A stretch of DNA of 64,000 nt, from positions 5,972 through 69,971 of the forward strand of contig CAWKJQ010000004.1 of NCBI GenBank assembly GCA_963849935.1, in the 5' to 3' direction. The translations under genes and the position numbers were made by a program. Shown one piece after another: positions 53,027 through 64,000 of the stretch. Origin of the DNA: an uncultured Actinomycetota bacterium (GTDB taxonomy: Bacteria > Actinomycetota > Actinomycetes > Mycobacteriales > Mycobacteriaceae). The notes under the pieces are model-generated. The model was not told where the DNA came from, ran no database searches, and worked only from the letters and a program-made list of their open reading frames with translations. How positions within the stretch are numbered: position 1 is the first letter of the stretch; the number at the start of each line of letters is the position of its first letter.

Positions 53027-54052
53027 ATGACGTCTCCCCGGCCGCCCCGCAGCACGGGTCGCGTGCCGGTGTTGCGTGACGAGTGGCGAGAGCCGCTGCG
53101 GGCGCTGCGCGACCCGCTCGCGCGGGAAGCCGGGCGGGCGCGGGCCGACCGTGAGCGGCCGCGACAGTGGCGCAAACAATCCTGGTTGGGTCGCTTCGTC
53201 TCCACCTATGGCTGGCGCGCGTACGCCCTGCCCGTCCTGGCGGTGCTCACCGCGGTGGTCATGTATCAGACGGTGACCGGCACCGGTGCGCCGAAGCCGA
53301 CGGCCGGCCGGACCATCCAGAGCCCGCCTGCGATCGGAGCCGTGGGTACCGCGATCATCGACGCCCCGCCGCGCGGGCTTGCCGCGTTCGACGCCAACCT
53401 GCCGGCCGGGACGTTGCCGGACGGCGGGCCGTTCACCGAGGCGGGGGACAAGACGTGGCACGCCGTCCCGGGCGCCACGCCGCAGCTCGGTCAGGGCACC
53501 GCCAAGGTGTTCCGGTACACCGTCGAAGTGGAGAACGGCATCGACCCGACGATGTTCGGCGGTGACGAGGCCTTCGCCCAGATGGTCGACCAGACGCTGG
53601 CCAATCCGAAGGGCTGGACGCACAATCCGCAGTTCGCATTCATCCGGATCGACAACGGCAAACCCGACTTTCGGATCTCGCTCGTATCACCGGTGACGGT
53701 GCGCGAGGGGTGCGGTTACGAATTTCGGCTCGAAACCTCGTGTTACAACCCGGTGTTCGGCGCCAACCGCGAGTCGCGGGTCTTCCTCAACGAGGCGCGC
53801 TGGATACGAGGGGCGGTGCCGTTCGAAGGGGACGTCGGCTCCTACCGGCAGTACGTCATCAACCACGAGGTCGGCCACGCCATCGGATACGTGCATCACG
53901 AGCCCTGCGAGCAGCAGGGCGCATTGGCGCCGGTGATGATGCAGCAGACGTTCTCGACGTCGAACAATGACGCCGCCCAGTTCGATCCCGACGTCGTCAA
54001 GGCCGACGGGAAGACCTGCCGGTTCAATCCCTGGCCGTACCCCATCGCCTAG
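53027..54052 (+). CDS. DUF3152 zinc-metalloprotease-like protein (Rv3207c-like)
   Basis: NHEVGHAIG zincin motif, TM helix. Confidence 0.9.
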   Translation: MTSPRPPRSTGRVPVLRDEWREPLRALRDPLAREAGRARADRERPRQWRKQSWLGRFVSTYGWRAYALPVLAVLTAVVMYQTVTGTGAPKPTAGRTIQSPPAIGAVGTAIIDAPPRGLAAFDANLPAGTLPDGGPFTEAGDKTWHAVPGATPQLGQGTAKVFRYTVEVENGIDPTMFGGDEAFAQMVDQTLANPKGWTHNPQFAFIRIDNGKPDFRISLVSPVTVREGCGYEFRLETSCYNPVFGANRESRVFLNEARWIRGAVPFEGDVGSYRQYVINHEVGHAIGYVHHEPCEQQGALAPVMMQQTFSTSNNDAAQFDPDVVKADGKTCRFNPWPYPIA

Positions 54053-54141
54053 CGCGCCCTCCTGAGGGCACCGTCTCGTTGCCGCGCCTGGCGCGGGCTG
54101 CTGTGATGGTGAGAGAAGCCAATTTGAGGAGATGTTTCGCA

Positions 54142-55323
54142 GTGTCGACGTCGCTGCCGCCACTGGTGGCGCCCGCAGACCACCTGAGCGGCGATGAGGT
54201 GGCCCGCTACAGCCGTCACCTGCTCATACCCGACCTCGGCCTCGACGGGCAGAAGCGGCTCAAGAACGCGCGGGTGCTGGTGATCGGCGCCGGCGGCCTG
54301 GGCGCGCCGACCTTGCTCTACCTGGCGGCCGCCGGTGTGGGCACGATCGGCATCATCGATTTCGACGTGGTTGACGAGTCGAACCTGCAGCGCCAGATCA
54401 TCCACGGCGTCGCCGACGTCGGACGTCCCAAGGTCCAGTCGGCGCGCGACTCCATCGCCGCGATCAACCCGCTGGTCGACGTGCGGCTGCACGAGTTTCG
54501 CCTGGACTCCACCAACGCCGTCGATTTATTCGGCTCCTACGACCTGATCGTGGACGGCACCGACAACTTCTCCACCCGGTATCTGGCCAACGACGCGGCG
54601 GTGCTGGCGAAAAAGCCGTACGTGTGGGGGTCGATCTACCGCTTCGAGGGCCAGGTCTCGGTGTGCTGGGAGGATGCGCCCGACGGCCGCGGGCTCAACT
54701 ATCGCGACCTTTACCCCGATCCCCCGCCGCCCGGTTCGGTTCCGTCCTGCGCCGAGGGCGGCGTGCTGGGGATCGTCTGCGCGTCCATCGCCTCGGTGAT
54801 GAGCACCGAGGTGATCAAACTCGTTACCGGCATCGGCGACTCATTGCTGGGCCGATTGATGATCTACGACGCGCTGGAGATGACGTACCGCACCATCGCG
54901 ATCCGCCGCGACCCCTCGGACGCGTCGCGACCGAAGATCACCGAGCTCGTCGACTACGAGCAGCTGTGCGGCGTGGAGCCCGAGGCCCCGGCGCACGACG
55001 CGTTGGCCATCACCCCGCGGGAGCTGCGCGACTGGCTGGATTCCGGCAAGGAGCTGGCCCTGATCGACGTGCGTGAGCCGATGGAGTTCGACATCGTGCA
55101 CATCGACGGGGCCCAGCTGATCCCGCAGTCGTCGATCAATTCCGGCGAGGGCCTGGCTAAGCTGCCGCAGGGTCGCTTGCCGGTGCTGTACTGCAAAACG
55201 GGGGTGCGCTCGGCCCAGGCGCTGGCGGTGTTGCGCAAGGCCGGATTCGCTGATGCGGTGCATTTGCAGGGCGGCATCGTGGCATGGGCGCAGCAGATGC
55301 AACCCGACATGGTTCTGTACTGA
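54142..55323 (+). CDS. moeB1: Adenylyltransferase/sulfurtransferase MoeZ (MoeB1)
   Basis: RYSRH, GAGGLG, SNLQRQ, PSCAEGGVLG; C-terminal rhodanese CKTGVRS. Confidence 0.95.
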   Translation: MSTSLPPLVAPADHLSGDEVARYSRHLLIPDLGLDGQKRLKNARVLVIGAGGLGAPTLLYLAAAGVGTIGIIDFDVVDESNLQRQIIHGVADVGRPKVQSARDSIAAINPLVDVRLHEFRLDSTNAVDLFGSYDLIVDGTDNFSTRYLANDAAVLAKKPYVWGSIYRFEGQVSVCWEDAPDGRGLNYRDLYPDPPPPGSVPSCAEGGVLGIVCASIASVMSTEVIKLVTGIGDSLLGRLMIYDALEMTYRTIAIRRDPSDASRPKITELVDYEQLCGVEPEAPAHDALAITPRELRDWLDSGKELALIDVREPMEFDIVHIDGAQLIPQSSINSGEGLAKLPQGRLPVLYCKTGVRSAQALAVLRKAGFADAVHLQGGIVAWAQQMQPDMVLY

Positions 55324-55341
55324 CCCGTGGGCCTATCGGCC

Positions 55342-55390
55342 TGGCGCGACCCGCCGCGCCCAGCTTCGCCGCTGTGCTAACGATCGCCGC
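55342..55390 (+). repeat. Dispersed MIRU-like repeat, copy 2
   Basis: CGACCCGCCGCGCCCAGCTTCGCCGC...CGATCGCC. Confidence 0.7.
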
Positions 55391-55415
55391 TGTTGGACTC
55401 GTTTAGAGTACCGGT

Positions 55416-56270
55416 GTGACAGTCGAGCCACCGCCGGATCATGTGCTGTCCGCGTTTGGTTTGGCCGGCGTCAACCCTGTCTATCTGGGGGCCAGCTGGG
55501 AGGGCGGCTGGCGGTGCGGTGAGGTCGTCCTGTCGCTGGTGGCCGACAACGCCCGCGCGGCCTGGTCCGCACGGGTCCGCGAGACCTTGTTCGTCGATGG
55601 CGTTCGCCTGGCCCGGCCGGTGCGTTCCACGGACGGGCGCTACGTGGTTTCCGGGTGGCGGGCGGACACCTTCGTGGCCGGGACGCCGGAGCCCCGCCAT
55701 GACGAAGTCGTCTCGGCGGCGGTGCGCCTACACGAGGCGACGGGCAAGCTGGAGCGGCCCCGGTTTCTGACCCAGGGCCCCACGGCGCCCTGGGGCGACG
55801 TCGACATCTTCATCGCCGCCGATCGCGCGGCGTGGGAGGAACGGCCGCTGGCCTCGGTGCCACCGGGCGCGCGGTCGGCCCCTCCGACGGCGGACGCCGA
55901 GCGATCGGTGGAGCTGCTGCACCAGCTAGCCACCTTGCGCAAGCCGACCAAGAGCCCCAACCAGCTGGTCCACGGAGACCTTTACGGCACAGTGCTTTTC
56001 GTCGGTACCGCGGCGCCGGGAATCACCGACATCACCCCGTACTGGCGGCCCGCATCGTGGGCGGCCGGAGTGGTCGTCATCGACGCGCTGTCGTGGGGAG
56101 AGGCCGACGACGGGCTGATCGAACGCTGGAATGCCCTGCCGGAATGGTCGCAGATGTTGTTGCGGGCGTTGATGTTTCGCCTCGCCGTCCACGCGCTGCA
56201 CCCCCGGTCGACCGCCGAGGCGTTCCCCGGCCTGGCCCGCACCGCCGCGCTGGTCCGGCTGGTGCTCTAG
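55416..56270 (+). CDS. TIGR02569-family kinase-like protein (Rv3205c-like)
   Basis: APH-like QLVHGDL; synteny. Confidence 0.88.
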   Translation: MTVEPPPDHVLSAFGLAGVNPVYLGASWEGGWRCGEVVLSLVADNARAAWSARVRETLFVDGVRLARPVRSTDGRYVVSGWRADTFVAGTPEPRHDEVVSAAVRLHEATGKLERPRFLTQGPTAPWGDVDIFIAADRAAWEERPLASVPPGARSAPPTADAERSVELLHQLATLRKPTKSPNQLVHGDLYGTVLFVGTAAPGITDITPYWRPASWAAGVVVIDALSWGEADDGLIERWNALPEWSQMLLRALMFRLAVHALHPRSTAEAFPGLARTAALVRLVL

Positions 56271-56280
56271 CCTAGCCGCG

Positions 56281-56324
56281 TGGCGACCCGCTGCGCCCGG
56301 CTTCGCCGCGCTGGCGATCGCCAC
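56281..56324 (+). repeat. Dispersed MIRU-like repeat, copy 3
   Basis: TGGCGACCCGCTGCGCCCGGCTTCGCCGCGCTGGCGATCGCCAC between convergent genes. Confidence 0.78.
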
Positions 56325-56632
56325 TAACGTCCGTCCGGGAACTCGTGGCGAACCTCGCGCAGCGCGATCTTGCCGTCGGTCGCCAGCACGCCTTCGGCGC
56401 GCAACAACTCCAGCTGTCGGGTCGTCAGGTGTCGTGCCGGGCGCCCGGAGGCGGTGATCACCCGGTGCCAGGGCAGGTCCGAGGAGTCGGTCCGCATGAT
56501 CCAGCCGACGATGCGTGGACTGGAAAGCCCTGCGACAGTGGCGATGTCGCCGTAGGTGGCGACGCGGCCGGACGGGATCGCGACGACGAGAGCACGTACC
56601 CGCTCGACTTGCTCGTCGGTCACCGGCGCCAC
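56324..56632 (-). CDS. Alkyltransferase-like (ATL/MGMT-family) protein (Rv3204-like)
   Basis: IPSGRVATYGDIA, PWHRV (Trp in place of the catalytic Cys), QLELLRAEG. Confidence 0.92.
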   Translation of the reverse strand: MAPVTDEQVERVRALVVAIPSGRVATYGDIATVAGLSSPRIVGWIMRTDSSDLPWHRVITASGRPARHLTTRQLELLRAEGVLATDGKIALREVRHEFPDGR

Positions 56633-56634
56633 GG

Positions 56635-57420
56635 TCAGCGGGCTTCCAACAGCTCGCGGGTCAGCGCGGCAACCTCGTCGGGCTTGGCGTAGGGCACCAT
56701 GTGGTTGCAGTCGAAATCCAGCAGCCGGAAATCCGGCCCCAACCGATCGGCCAGGCCTGCGATCAGGTTGTCGGTGACATAGGGCGGGTTGGTCCGCTTG
56801 GCTCGCACCAGGACGGTCGGGGTGTTCGCCGGCGGCAGCACCGTGTCCCGGGCCAGCTCGCTCCAGTACGAAATCATCGCCGGCAGGCTCATCCGCCAGC
56901 CGTAGCGTCCGCCCGGCAGCGTGATCAGATGCTCGTCGATCTCGGCGTCCAGCAGCGCGGGATCGACGTCGGACCACGAGCCGTGCACCTTTTCCATGCG
57001 CGCTTCCTCGGCGTCGGGATAGTCGGGCGAGGACAGCATCGCCTCGGCGATCTCGCGCATCCACCCGCCGTCCAATCCGACCGCGGGGTCGAGTAGCAGC
57101 AATCCCGCCACCTGAGCCGGGCGCGCCGCGGCCAGATGCATCGCCAGGCCGCCGCCAAAGGAGTGACCGACGATCACCACCGGCGTGTCGGGCTGCTCGT
57201 CGAGCAGCGACGCCAACGCCGCGACGTTGGCGTCGATGGTCCACGGCGCCGCCCACGAAGATCTGCCGTGGCCGACCAGATCCGGTGCGGCGACGCCGAT
57301 CCCGGGCAGGAAGCCGGACAGATGCTGCCAACGCTGGCCGTGCCCCGTCAAACCGTGCAACGCCAGGATCCGCACGGGACCGGACTGCCCGTAACGGTGC
57401 ACATGCAACTTCGCGGTCAC
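56635..57420 (-). CDS. lipV: Alpha/beta hydrolase LipV
   Basis: HGLTGHG, GHSFGG, CNHMV; synteny with Rv3203. Confidence 0.88.
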   Translation of the reverse strand: MTAKLHVHRYGQSGPVRILALHGLTGHGQRWQHLSGFLPGIGVAAPDLVGHGRSSWAAPWTIDANVAALASLLDEQPDTPVVIVGHSFGGGLAMHLAAARPAQVAGLLLLDPAVGLDGGWMREIAEAMLSSPDYPDAEEARMEKVHGSWSDVDPALLDAEIDEHLITLPGGRYGWRMSLPAMISYWSELARDTVLPPANTPTVLVRAKRTNPPYVTDNLIAGLADRLGPDFRLLDFDCNHMVPYAKPDEVAALTRELLEAR

Positions 57421-57462
57421 CCGTCGATGGTGCCAGTCGCCACCCGCGCGTCGCGAGTACCC

Positions 57463-57688
57463 TCAGCGGTCGTCATCCCGATCGTCCTCGGTGGGGACGA
57501 CGTAGGCCTGCTCGATCACGTCGGCCTCGTTGGCCTCCCGGTCGGCGGCGGTCACGTAATCGGTGTCCAGGCCGGTCTCGTCGTCGGAGTCGACAGGGCG
57601 CAGTTGTTCCACCGCGTCGCCTTCCGGCGCCTCGTCGATGGGAAAGCCGCGTTCGTCGTCGATGGGAAAGCCGCGTTCGTCCGGCCAT
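57463..57688 (-). CDS. Small acidic hypothetical protein (apparent +1 indel just after the start)
   Basis: RBS AGGAGG then ATG GCC (G) GAC GAA...; D/E-rich with repeated DAVEQ/DVIEQ. Confidence 0.55.
57632..57681. repeat. Perfect 24-bp tandem duplication
   Basis: TCGTCGATGGGAAAGCCGCGTTCG x2, encoding DERGFPID twice on the minus strand. Confidence 0.9.
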
Positions 57689-57978
57689 GTCTTTAACACC
57701 CCTCCTCGCGTTCTTCGGCTCGTCCGGCCTCCAGGGTAAGAGGCGGCGGCGACGATGTCGGGCACGCTAGCCGTTGCGCGTCGCGCTCCTGGCCACCACC
57801 TTCGCATTCGCCGTTGTGATCTCGTTCATATCGACCGCGCTCAGCCAAATCTTCGGTGTCGCGGCCTACCAACACGCGGCCACCGGCGAGGTGGCCGGAG
57901 GGTTCGACCACCAGCTCCTGCAGGCCGCGTTCATCCCGCGCCAGTGAACCTGTCGGACCCTCGTGATGTCATGCGGTC

Positions 57979-60900
57979 ATGGCCTACACGTGGGATGCCG
58001 CAGCGCACACCGTCTTAGACCCCGGTGCGCGCGGTCAACTGCGCATTCTCGGCGGGCCCGGCACCGGCAAGAGCAGCCTGCTGATCGACGCCGCGGTCGC
58101 CCAGATCGAAGCCGGTGTCAACCCGGAATCGGTTCTGCTGCTTACCGGTTCGGGCCGGATCGGCATGGCCGAGCGGAGCGCACTGACGACGGCGTTGCTG
58201 CGCTCGCGATCCACCGGCCCGGGACGGGCCGCTGTCAGCGAGCCGCTGGTGCGGACCGTGCACGGCTACGCGTACGCGGTCTTGCGGCGCGCCGCCGAGC
58301 GCGCCGGCGAGGCGCCCCCGCGGCTGGTCACCAGCGCCGAACAGGACGCCATCATCCGGGAACTCCTGGCCGGTGACCTCGAAGACGGCCCGCGCGCCGC
58401 GACGGCCTGGCCGGCCCAACTGCGGTCCGCGCTGAGCACCGCCGGCTTCGCCACCGAACTGCGAAATCTGTTGGCGCGCTGCGCCGAACGCGGCGTGGAT
58501 CCCCAGGATCTGGAGCGGCTGGGCCGTCGTTGCCGGCGGCCGGAGTGGACCGCCGCCGGCCAATTCGCGCGCCAGTACGAGCAGGTGATGCTGCTGCGCG
58601 CGGCGGTGGGCACGGCCGCGCCGGAGGCCACCACACCCGCGCTGGGCGCCGCCGAATTGGTGGGCGCCGCACTGGAAGCTTTCGCCGTCGACCCCGAGCT
58701 GCTGCACGCCGAACGGAGCCGGATCCGCGTCTTGTTGGTCGACGACGCCCAGCAGCTCGACCCGCAGGCGGCGCGGCTGGTTCGGGTGCTCGCGGCGGGC
58801 GCCGAGTTGGCGCTGATCGCCGGGGATCCCAATCAGGCGGTGTTCGGCTTCCGGGGCGGCGAACCCGCCGGGTTGCTCGACGGGCGATGCGGCCTCGGTG
58901 ACACTGACGACGTCGCATCGCTGCGCTCCGGCCGTGGCGCGCGCGGTCAGCGGCATCGCCGGCCGGTTACCCGGCGGCAGCAACGGCCGGCAGATCGACG
59001 GCGCCGGGGCGGGGAGGAGGGCTCGGTTGCGGTGCGTCTGGCCGCGTCGGCGCACGCCGAGGCGGCGACCATCGCCGACGCGCTGCGCCGCGCACACCTG
59101 GTCGACGGTGTGCCCTGGTCGCAGATGGCGGTCATCGTCCGGTCGGTGCCCCGCGCCGGTGCGCGCTTGCCGCGCGCCCTGGCCGCCGCCGGTGTGCCGG
59201 TGGCCGCGCCCGCCATAACCGGGCCGCTGTCCCAGGAACCCGCCGTGCGGGCCTTGCTCACCGTGCTGCTGGCCACCGCCGACAGGCTCGACGGGCAGCA
59301 GGCGCTGGCGCTGCTGACCGGCCCCATCGGCCGTGTCGACCCGGTGTCGCTGCGCCAGCTGCGCCGAATGCTGCAGCGCGTCAACCCCGGTCGCGCACCG
59401 GGAGACTTCCCCGCGCTGTTGGTCGAGGCGCTGTCCGCCGACGAGATGCCGTCGGGCCCGCAGTTCGCCCCGCTGCGTAAGGTCCGCGCGGTGCTGGACG
59501 CGGCCGCGCGCTCGCACCGCGCCGGTGAAGACCCGCGCTACACCCTGTGGGCCGCCTGGCACCGGTCCGGCCTGCAGCGCCGCTGGCTGTCGGTCAGCGA
59601 GCGCGGCGGCCCCGCCGCCGCGCAGGCCACCCGGGACCTCGAGTCGGTGACCGCGCTGTTCGACGTCACCGACGACTATGTGTCGCGCACCTCGGGCGCA
59701 TCGCTGCGCGGTCTGGTCGAGCACATCGCCGCGCTGGCGCTGCCCAGTGCCACCCGCGAGCCGGTCGCCGCGGCCGAACGGGTCCAGGTGCTCAGCGCGC
59801 ACGCCGCGTTGGGACACGAATGGGATTTGGTGGTCATCGCCGGATTGCAGGATGGGTTGTGGCCCAACACCGTTCCGCGTGGGGGCGTGCTGGCCACCCA
59901 GCGGCTGCTGGATGTGCTGGACGGTGTCGGCGCGGACGCGTCGGTGCGGGCGCCGCTGCTGGCCGAGGAGCGCAGGCTGCTGGTGGCGGCGATGGGCCGG
60001 GCCCGGCGCCGGTTGCTGGTGACCGCCGTCGACAGTGACACCGATGGGGCGGGTCACGACGCGGCGCTGCCGTCGGTGTTCTTTGGCGAAGTCGCACAAT
60101 GGGCCGACGCAGAAGCCGATAGTGTTGACCTGCAACCTATTTCGGCGCCTCGGGTACTGTCGGCGGCCGCGCTGGTGGGCCGGCTGCGCGGCGTGGTGTG
60201 CGCGCCCGTTGGGACGGTGGATGAGCTCGCCCGTACCTGCGCGGCAACGCAATTGGCCCGGCTGGCCAAAGCCGGCGTACCCGGCGCCGACCCGGCCGGG
60301 TGGCACGGATTGACCCCGATCAGCACCAGCGAACCGCTGCGAGGCAGCGGCGATGTCGTCACCCTGACGCCCTCGACCATGCAAACGCTCAACGACTGCC
60401 CGCTGCGCTGGCTCGCCGAGCGGCACGGCGGATCCAACCCGCGCGACGTGCGCTCGGCGATCGGGTCGGTGGTGCACGCGCTGATCGCCGAACCGCACAA
60501 GAGCGAATCGGAACTGCTGGCCGAGCTCGACCGCGCCTGGAAGCATCTGCCCTTTGCGGCGCAATGGCATTCGGCCAACGAGCTGGCCCGCCACCGCGCC
60601 ATGCTCGAGGCGTTCATCGAGTGGCGAGCGCAAACCCGGGGCGCACTGACCGAGGTCGGCGTCGAGGTCGAGATCGACGGAACCGTGGCCACCGAGAGGC
60701 GGCGGCGAGGTCCGCCTGCGCGGCCGGGTTGACCGGCTGGAACGCGACGCCGCCGGCCGGCTGGTGATCGTCGACATCAAAACGGGCAAGACGCCGGTCA
60801 GCAAGGACGATGCGCAGCAACACGCCCAGCTGGCGATGTATCAGCTGGCGGTGGCCGAAGGAATGCTCGGCAACGGGACCGACAACGTCGAACCCGGCGG

Positions 60901-61120
60901 TGCGCGGCTGGTCTACCTGGGCAAGACCGGGGCGTCCGGAGTGGCCGAACGCGAACAGGATCCGCTGACCGCGGCCGGCGGCGACGAATGGCGCGAGCTG
61001 ATCGCGCGAGCCGCCGACGCGACGGCCGGCCCGCAGTTCATCGCGCGGCGCAACGACGGCTGCACGCACTGCCCGATCCGGCCGAACTGCCCGGCCCACG
61101 CCGACGGGTCGCAGCGATGA
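57979..61120 (+). CDS. adnA: ATP-dependent helicase-nuclease subunit AdnA, with apparent indels (about 58882, 59012, 60695)
   Basis: GGPGTGKS, VDDAQ, GDPNQAVFGFRG, EERRLL, CPLRW, RVDRLE...DIKTG, QLAMY, CTHCPIRPNC. Confidence 0.9.
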
Positions 61121-64000
61121 CGCCCCGGCCGCGCTACAGCCCCGCCGAATTGGCCGGCGCGCTGGGGCTTTTCCCGCCCACCGACGAGCAGGCCGCCGTC
61201 ATCGCCGCACCGCCGGGGCCGCTGGTCGTCATCGCCGGGGCCGGTGCCGGCAAAACCGAGACCATGGCCGCGCGGGTGGTGTGGCTGGTCGCCAACGGCT
61301 ACGCCGAACCCGGTCAGGTGCTGGGACTGACGTTCACCCGCAAGGCCGCCGGCCAGCTGCTGCGCCGGGTCCGGTCCCGGCTGGCCCGGCTGGCCGGCGT
61401 CGGTCTGGGCGCGCCGGCGCCGGCGCTGCGCCCGTCGAGACCGACGGGCGCGCCGATGGTCAGCACCTACCACGCCTTCGCGGGCTCGCTGCTGCGTGAC
61501 TACGGGTTGTTGCTGCCCGTCGAGCCCGACACCCGGCTGCTCGGCGAAACCGAGTTGTGGCAGCTGGCGTTCGACGTCGTCAACGGGTATCGCGGGGAAC
61601 TGCGCACCGACAAGACACCGGCGGCGGTCACCTCGATGGTGCTGCGGCTGTGGGGGCAGCTGTCCGAACACCTGGTGGACACCGGCCAGCTGCGCGATAC
61701 CCACGTAGAGCTGGACGGCTGATCCATTCCCTGCCCGCCGGGCCCTACCAGCGCGACCGCGGTCCCAGCCAATGGCTGCTGCGGCTGCTGGCCACCCAGA
61801 CCGAGCGCGCCGAACTGGTGCCGCTGCTCGACGCGCTGCAACGAACGCATGCGCGCCGCGAAGGTGATGGATTTCGGGATGCAGATGGCCTCGGCGGCCA
61901 GGCTGGCGGCGACGTTTCCGCAGGTCGGCGAGGACCTGCGCGGCCGCTACCGGGTGGTGCTGCTCGACGAGTACCAGGACACCGGCCACGCCCAACGCAT
62001 CGCGCTGTCAGCACTATTCGGCGGTGGAGTCGACGACGGGCTGGCGCTGACGGCCGTCGGTGACCCGATTCAGTCGATCTACGGCTGGCGCGGCGCGTCG
62101 GCGACCAACCTGCCGCGGTTCACCACCGACTTCCCGCGGTCCGACGGCGCCCCCGCGCCGATCCTGGAGTTGCGGACCAGCTGGCGCAACCCGCCGCGCA
62201 CCCTGCGGGTGGCCAACGCCATGTCGGCGGAGGCGCGGCGGCGATCGGTGGCCGTGCATGCGCTGCGGCCGCGCCCGGATGCTCCGCCCGGCACCGTCCG
62301 CTGCGCCTTGCTCCCCGATGTGACGGCCGAGCGCGAGTGGATCGCCGACCATCTCGACGCGCGCTATCGGCGGGCCCGCGATGAGGGGGTCAGCCCGCCG
62401 ACGGCCGCGGTCTTGGTGCGCCGCAACGCCGATGCCGCGCCCATCGCGGATGCGCTGCGCGCCCGCGGAATCCCCGTCGAGGTCGTCGGGCTGGCCGGCC
62501 TGCTGGCCATCCCGGAGGTCGCCGAGGTGGTGGCGATGCTGCGGCTGGTCGCCGATCCGACGGCCGGCGCGGCGGCGATGCGGGTGCTCACCGGTTCACG
62601 CTGGCGTCTCGGTGCCCGAGACATCGCGGCGCTGTGGCAGCGCGCGCGTGCGCTCGGCGGGATTGCGCAGGCGCCCGAAGCCGTCATCGCCCGAGTCGAT
62701 CGCGAGTGGCGGCCGGCCCCGACGCGGACACGGTGTGCCTGGCCGACGCGATCGCCGATCCCGGTGCGGCCGAGGCGTATTCGGCTGCGGGGTATCAGCG
62801 CATCACCGCGCTGGCCGGCGAACTGAGCGCCCTGCGCGGCCACCTCGGCCATCCCCTGCCGGATCTGGTGGCCGAGGTGCGCCGGGTGCTCGGCATCGAC
62901 TGCGAAGCCCGGGCCGCGGCAGGGCAGGCGTCCGGCTGGGCCGGCACCGAGCACCTGGATGCGTTCGCCGACGTCGTCGCCGGTTACGCCGAACGCACCG
63001 ATTCCGCAGCGGGACCCGGAGACGGATCGGCGTCCACGGCGGTGGCCGGCCTGCTGGCCTACCTCGACGTCGCCGAGTCGGTCGAAAACGGCTTGGCGCC
63101 AGCGCCATTGGCGGTCGCCCGCGACCGCGTCCAGGTGCTCACCGTGCACTCCGCGAAGGGGCTGGAATGGCAAGTGGTGGCGGTGGCCCACCTGTCCGGC
63201 GGCACCTTCCCGTCGACAGCGTCGAAGAGCACCTGGCTCACCGACGCCGCGGAGCTGCCGCCGCTGTTGCGCGGCGACCGCGCCGCCGCGGGCTCACTGG
63301 GCATTCCGGTAATGGACACCTCGGACGTCACCAACCGAAAGCAGCTGTCGGACAAGATCTCCGAGCATCGCCGTCAGCTCGAACAGCGCCGCATCGACGA
63401 GGAGCGGCGGTTGTTGTATGTCGCCATCACCCGCGCCGAGGACACCCTGCTGGTGTCCGGACACCACTGGGGTGCCACCGGCATCAAGCCGCGCGGCCCG
63501 TCGGACTTCCTCTGCGAAATCAAGGCCGTCATCGACGACTCGGCGGCGGCCGGGGACCCCTGCGGAACCGTGGAACACTGGGCGCCGGCGCCCGCCGACG
63601 GAGAACGAAACCCGCTGCGCGACAACGTCATCGAAGCGGTGTGGCCGGCGGACCCGTTGTCCGGGCGACGCAACGACGTCGAGCACGGCGCGGCGCTGGT
63701 GAATCAGGCGCTGCGGGCAGACGTCACCGAAACTGGCGTCGACGTGGACGGCTGGGCCGCCGATGTCGACGCGCTGCTGGCCGAGCGAGCCCGGTTGGCG
63801 CGGCCGCCCGCCCGCGCCCTGCCCAGCCAGCTGTCGGTCAGCTCCCTGGTCGGCCTGGCGCGTGACCCGGCGGCCACCGCGCAGCGGTTGAGGCATCGGC
63901 TGCCGTCCCGCCCCGAACCGCATGCGTTGCTTGGCAACGCTTTTCACGCCTGGGTTCAGAAATTCTACGGAGCCGAGTGTCTGTTCGATCTCGGCGATCT
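61117..64000 (+). CDS. adnB: ATP-dependent helicase-nuclease subunit AdnB, 3' truncated by window, with apparent indels (about 61716, 61840, 62700)
   Basis: AGAGAGKT, LTFTRKAA, DEYQD, GDPIQSIYGWRGA, TVHSAKGLEW, EERRLLYVAITRA. Confidence 0.9.

Noticed and set aside
57693-57911. 72-aa minus-strand ORF upstream of the acidic protein
   Set aside because: No RBS, motif or codon bias noticed; overlaps the RBS and leader of the next gene
58880-62720. Programmed frameshifting in adnA/adnB
   Set aside because: No slippery heptamers; multiple scattered shifts in both directions are better explained by sequencing errors

Overview
High-GC mycobacterial chromosome segment, probably Mycobacterium avium complex. 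It is syntenic with M. tuberculosis Rv3244c-Rv3201c: lpqB(3')-comF-hpf-secA1 ... mddA-K+/H+ antiporter-Rv3235-tgs3-(ppk2 remnant)-Rv3231c-Rv3230c-desA3 ... rsgA-aroA-SRAP ... ybaK-Rv3224-sigH-rshA-bL37-Rv3221c-pdtaS-whiB1-Rv3218...-entC-gpm2-parA-like-rhlE-fasR-moeB1-lipV-adnA-adnB(5'). Three accessory blocks interrupt the core. (1) 5.4-7.9 kb: a REP-like palindrome, a hypothetical gene and a tandem-HD/HD-GYP-LuxR regulator beside mddA. The hypothetical gene and mddA share a TGAGGC-N4-GCCYCAT palindrome ending exactly 35 bp before their start codons. This is the best candidate for an undescribed regulatory system. (2) About 16.1-31.8 kb: a patchwork of regulator-plus-enzyme modules, several with visible operator sites and a decayed pseudogene zone. 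(3) About 34.9-37.3 kb: a small secreted-type ORF and two SDRs. Beyond about 28 kb many conserved genes (thiolase, aroA, SRAP, sigH, adnA, adnB) carry small indels. These are most likely sequencing or assembly errors, and they create spurious aroA-rsgA and sigH-rshA 'fusions'. No CRISPR array, rRNA, tRNA, integrase or transposase was recognised. All gene names rest on recalled family motifs and synteny; no searches were run.
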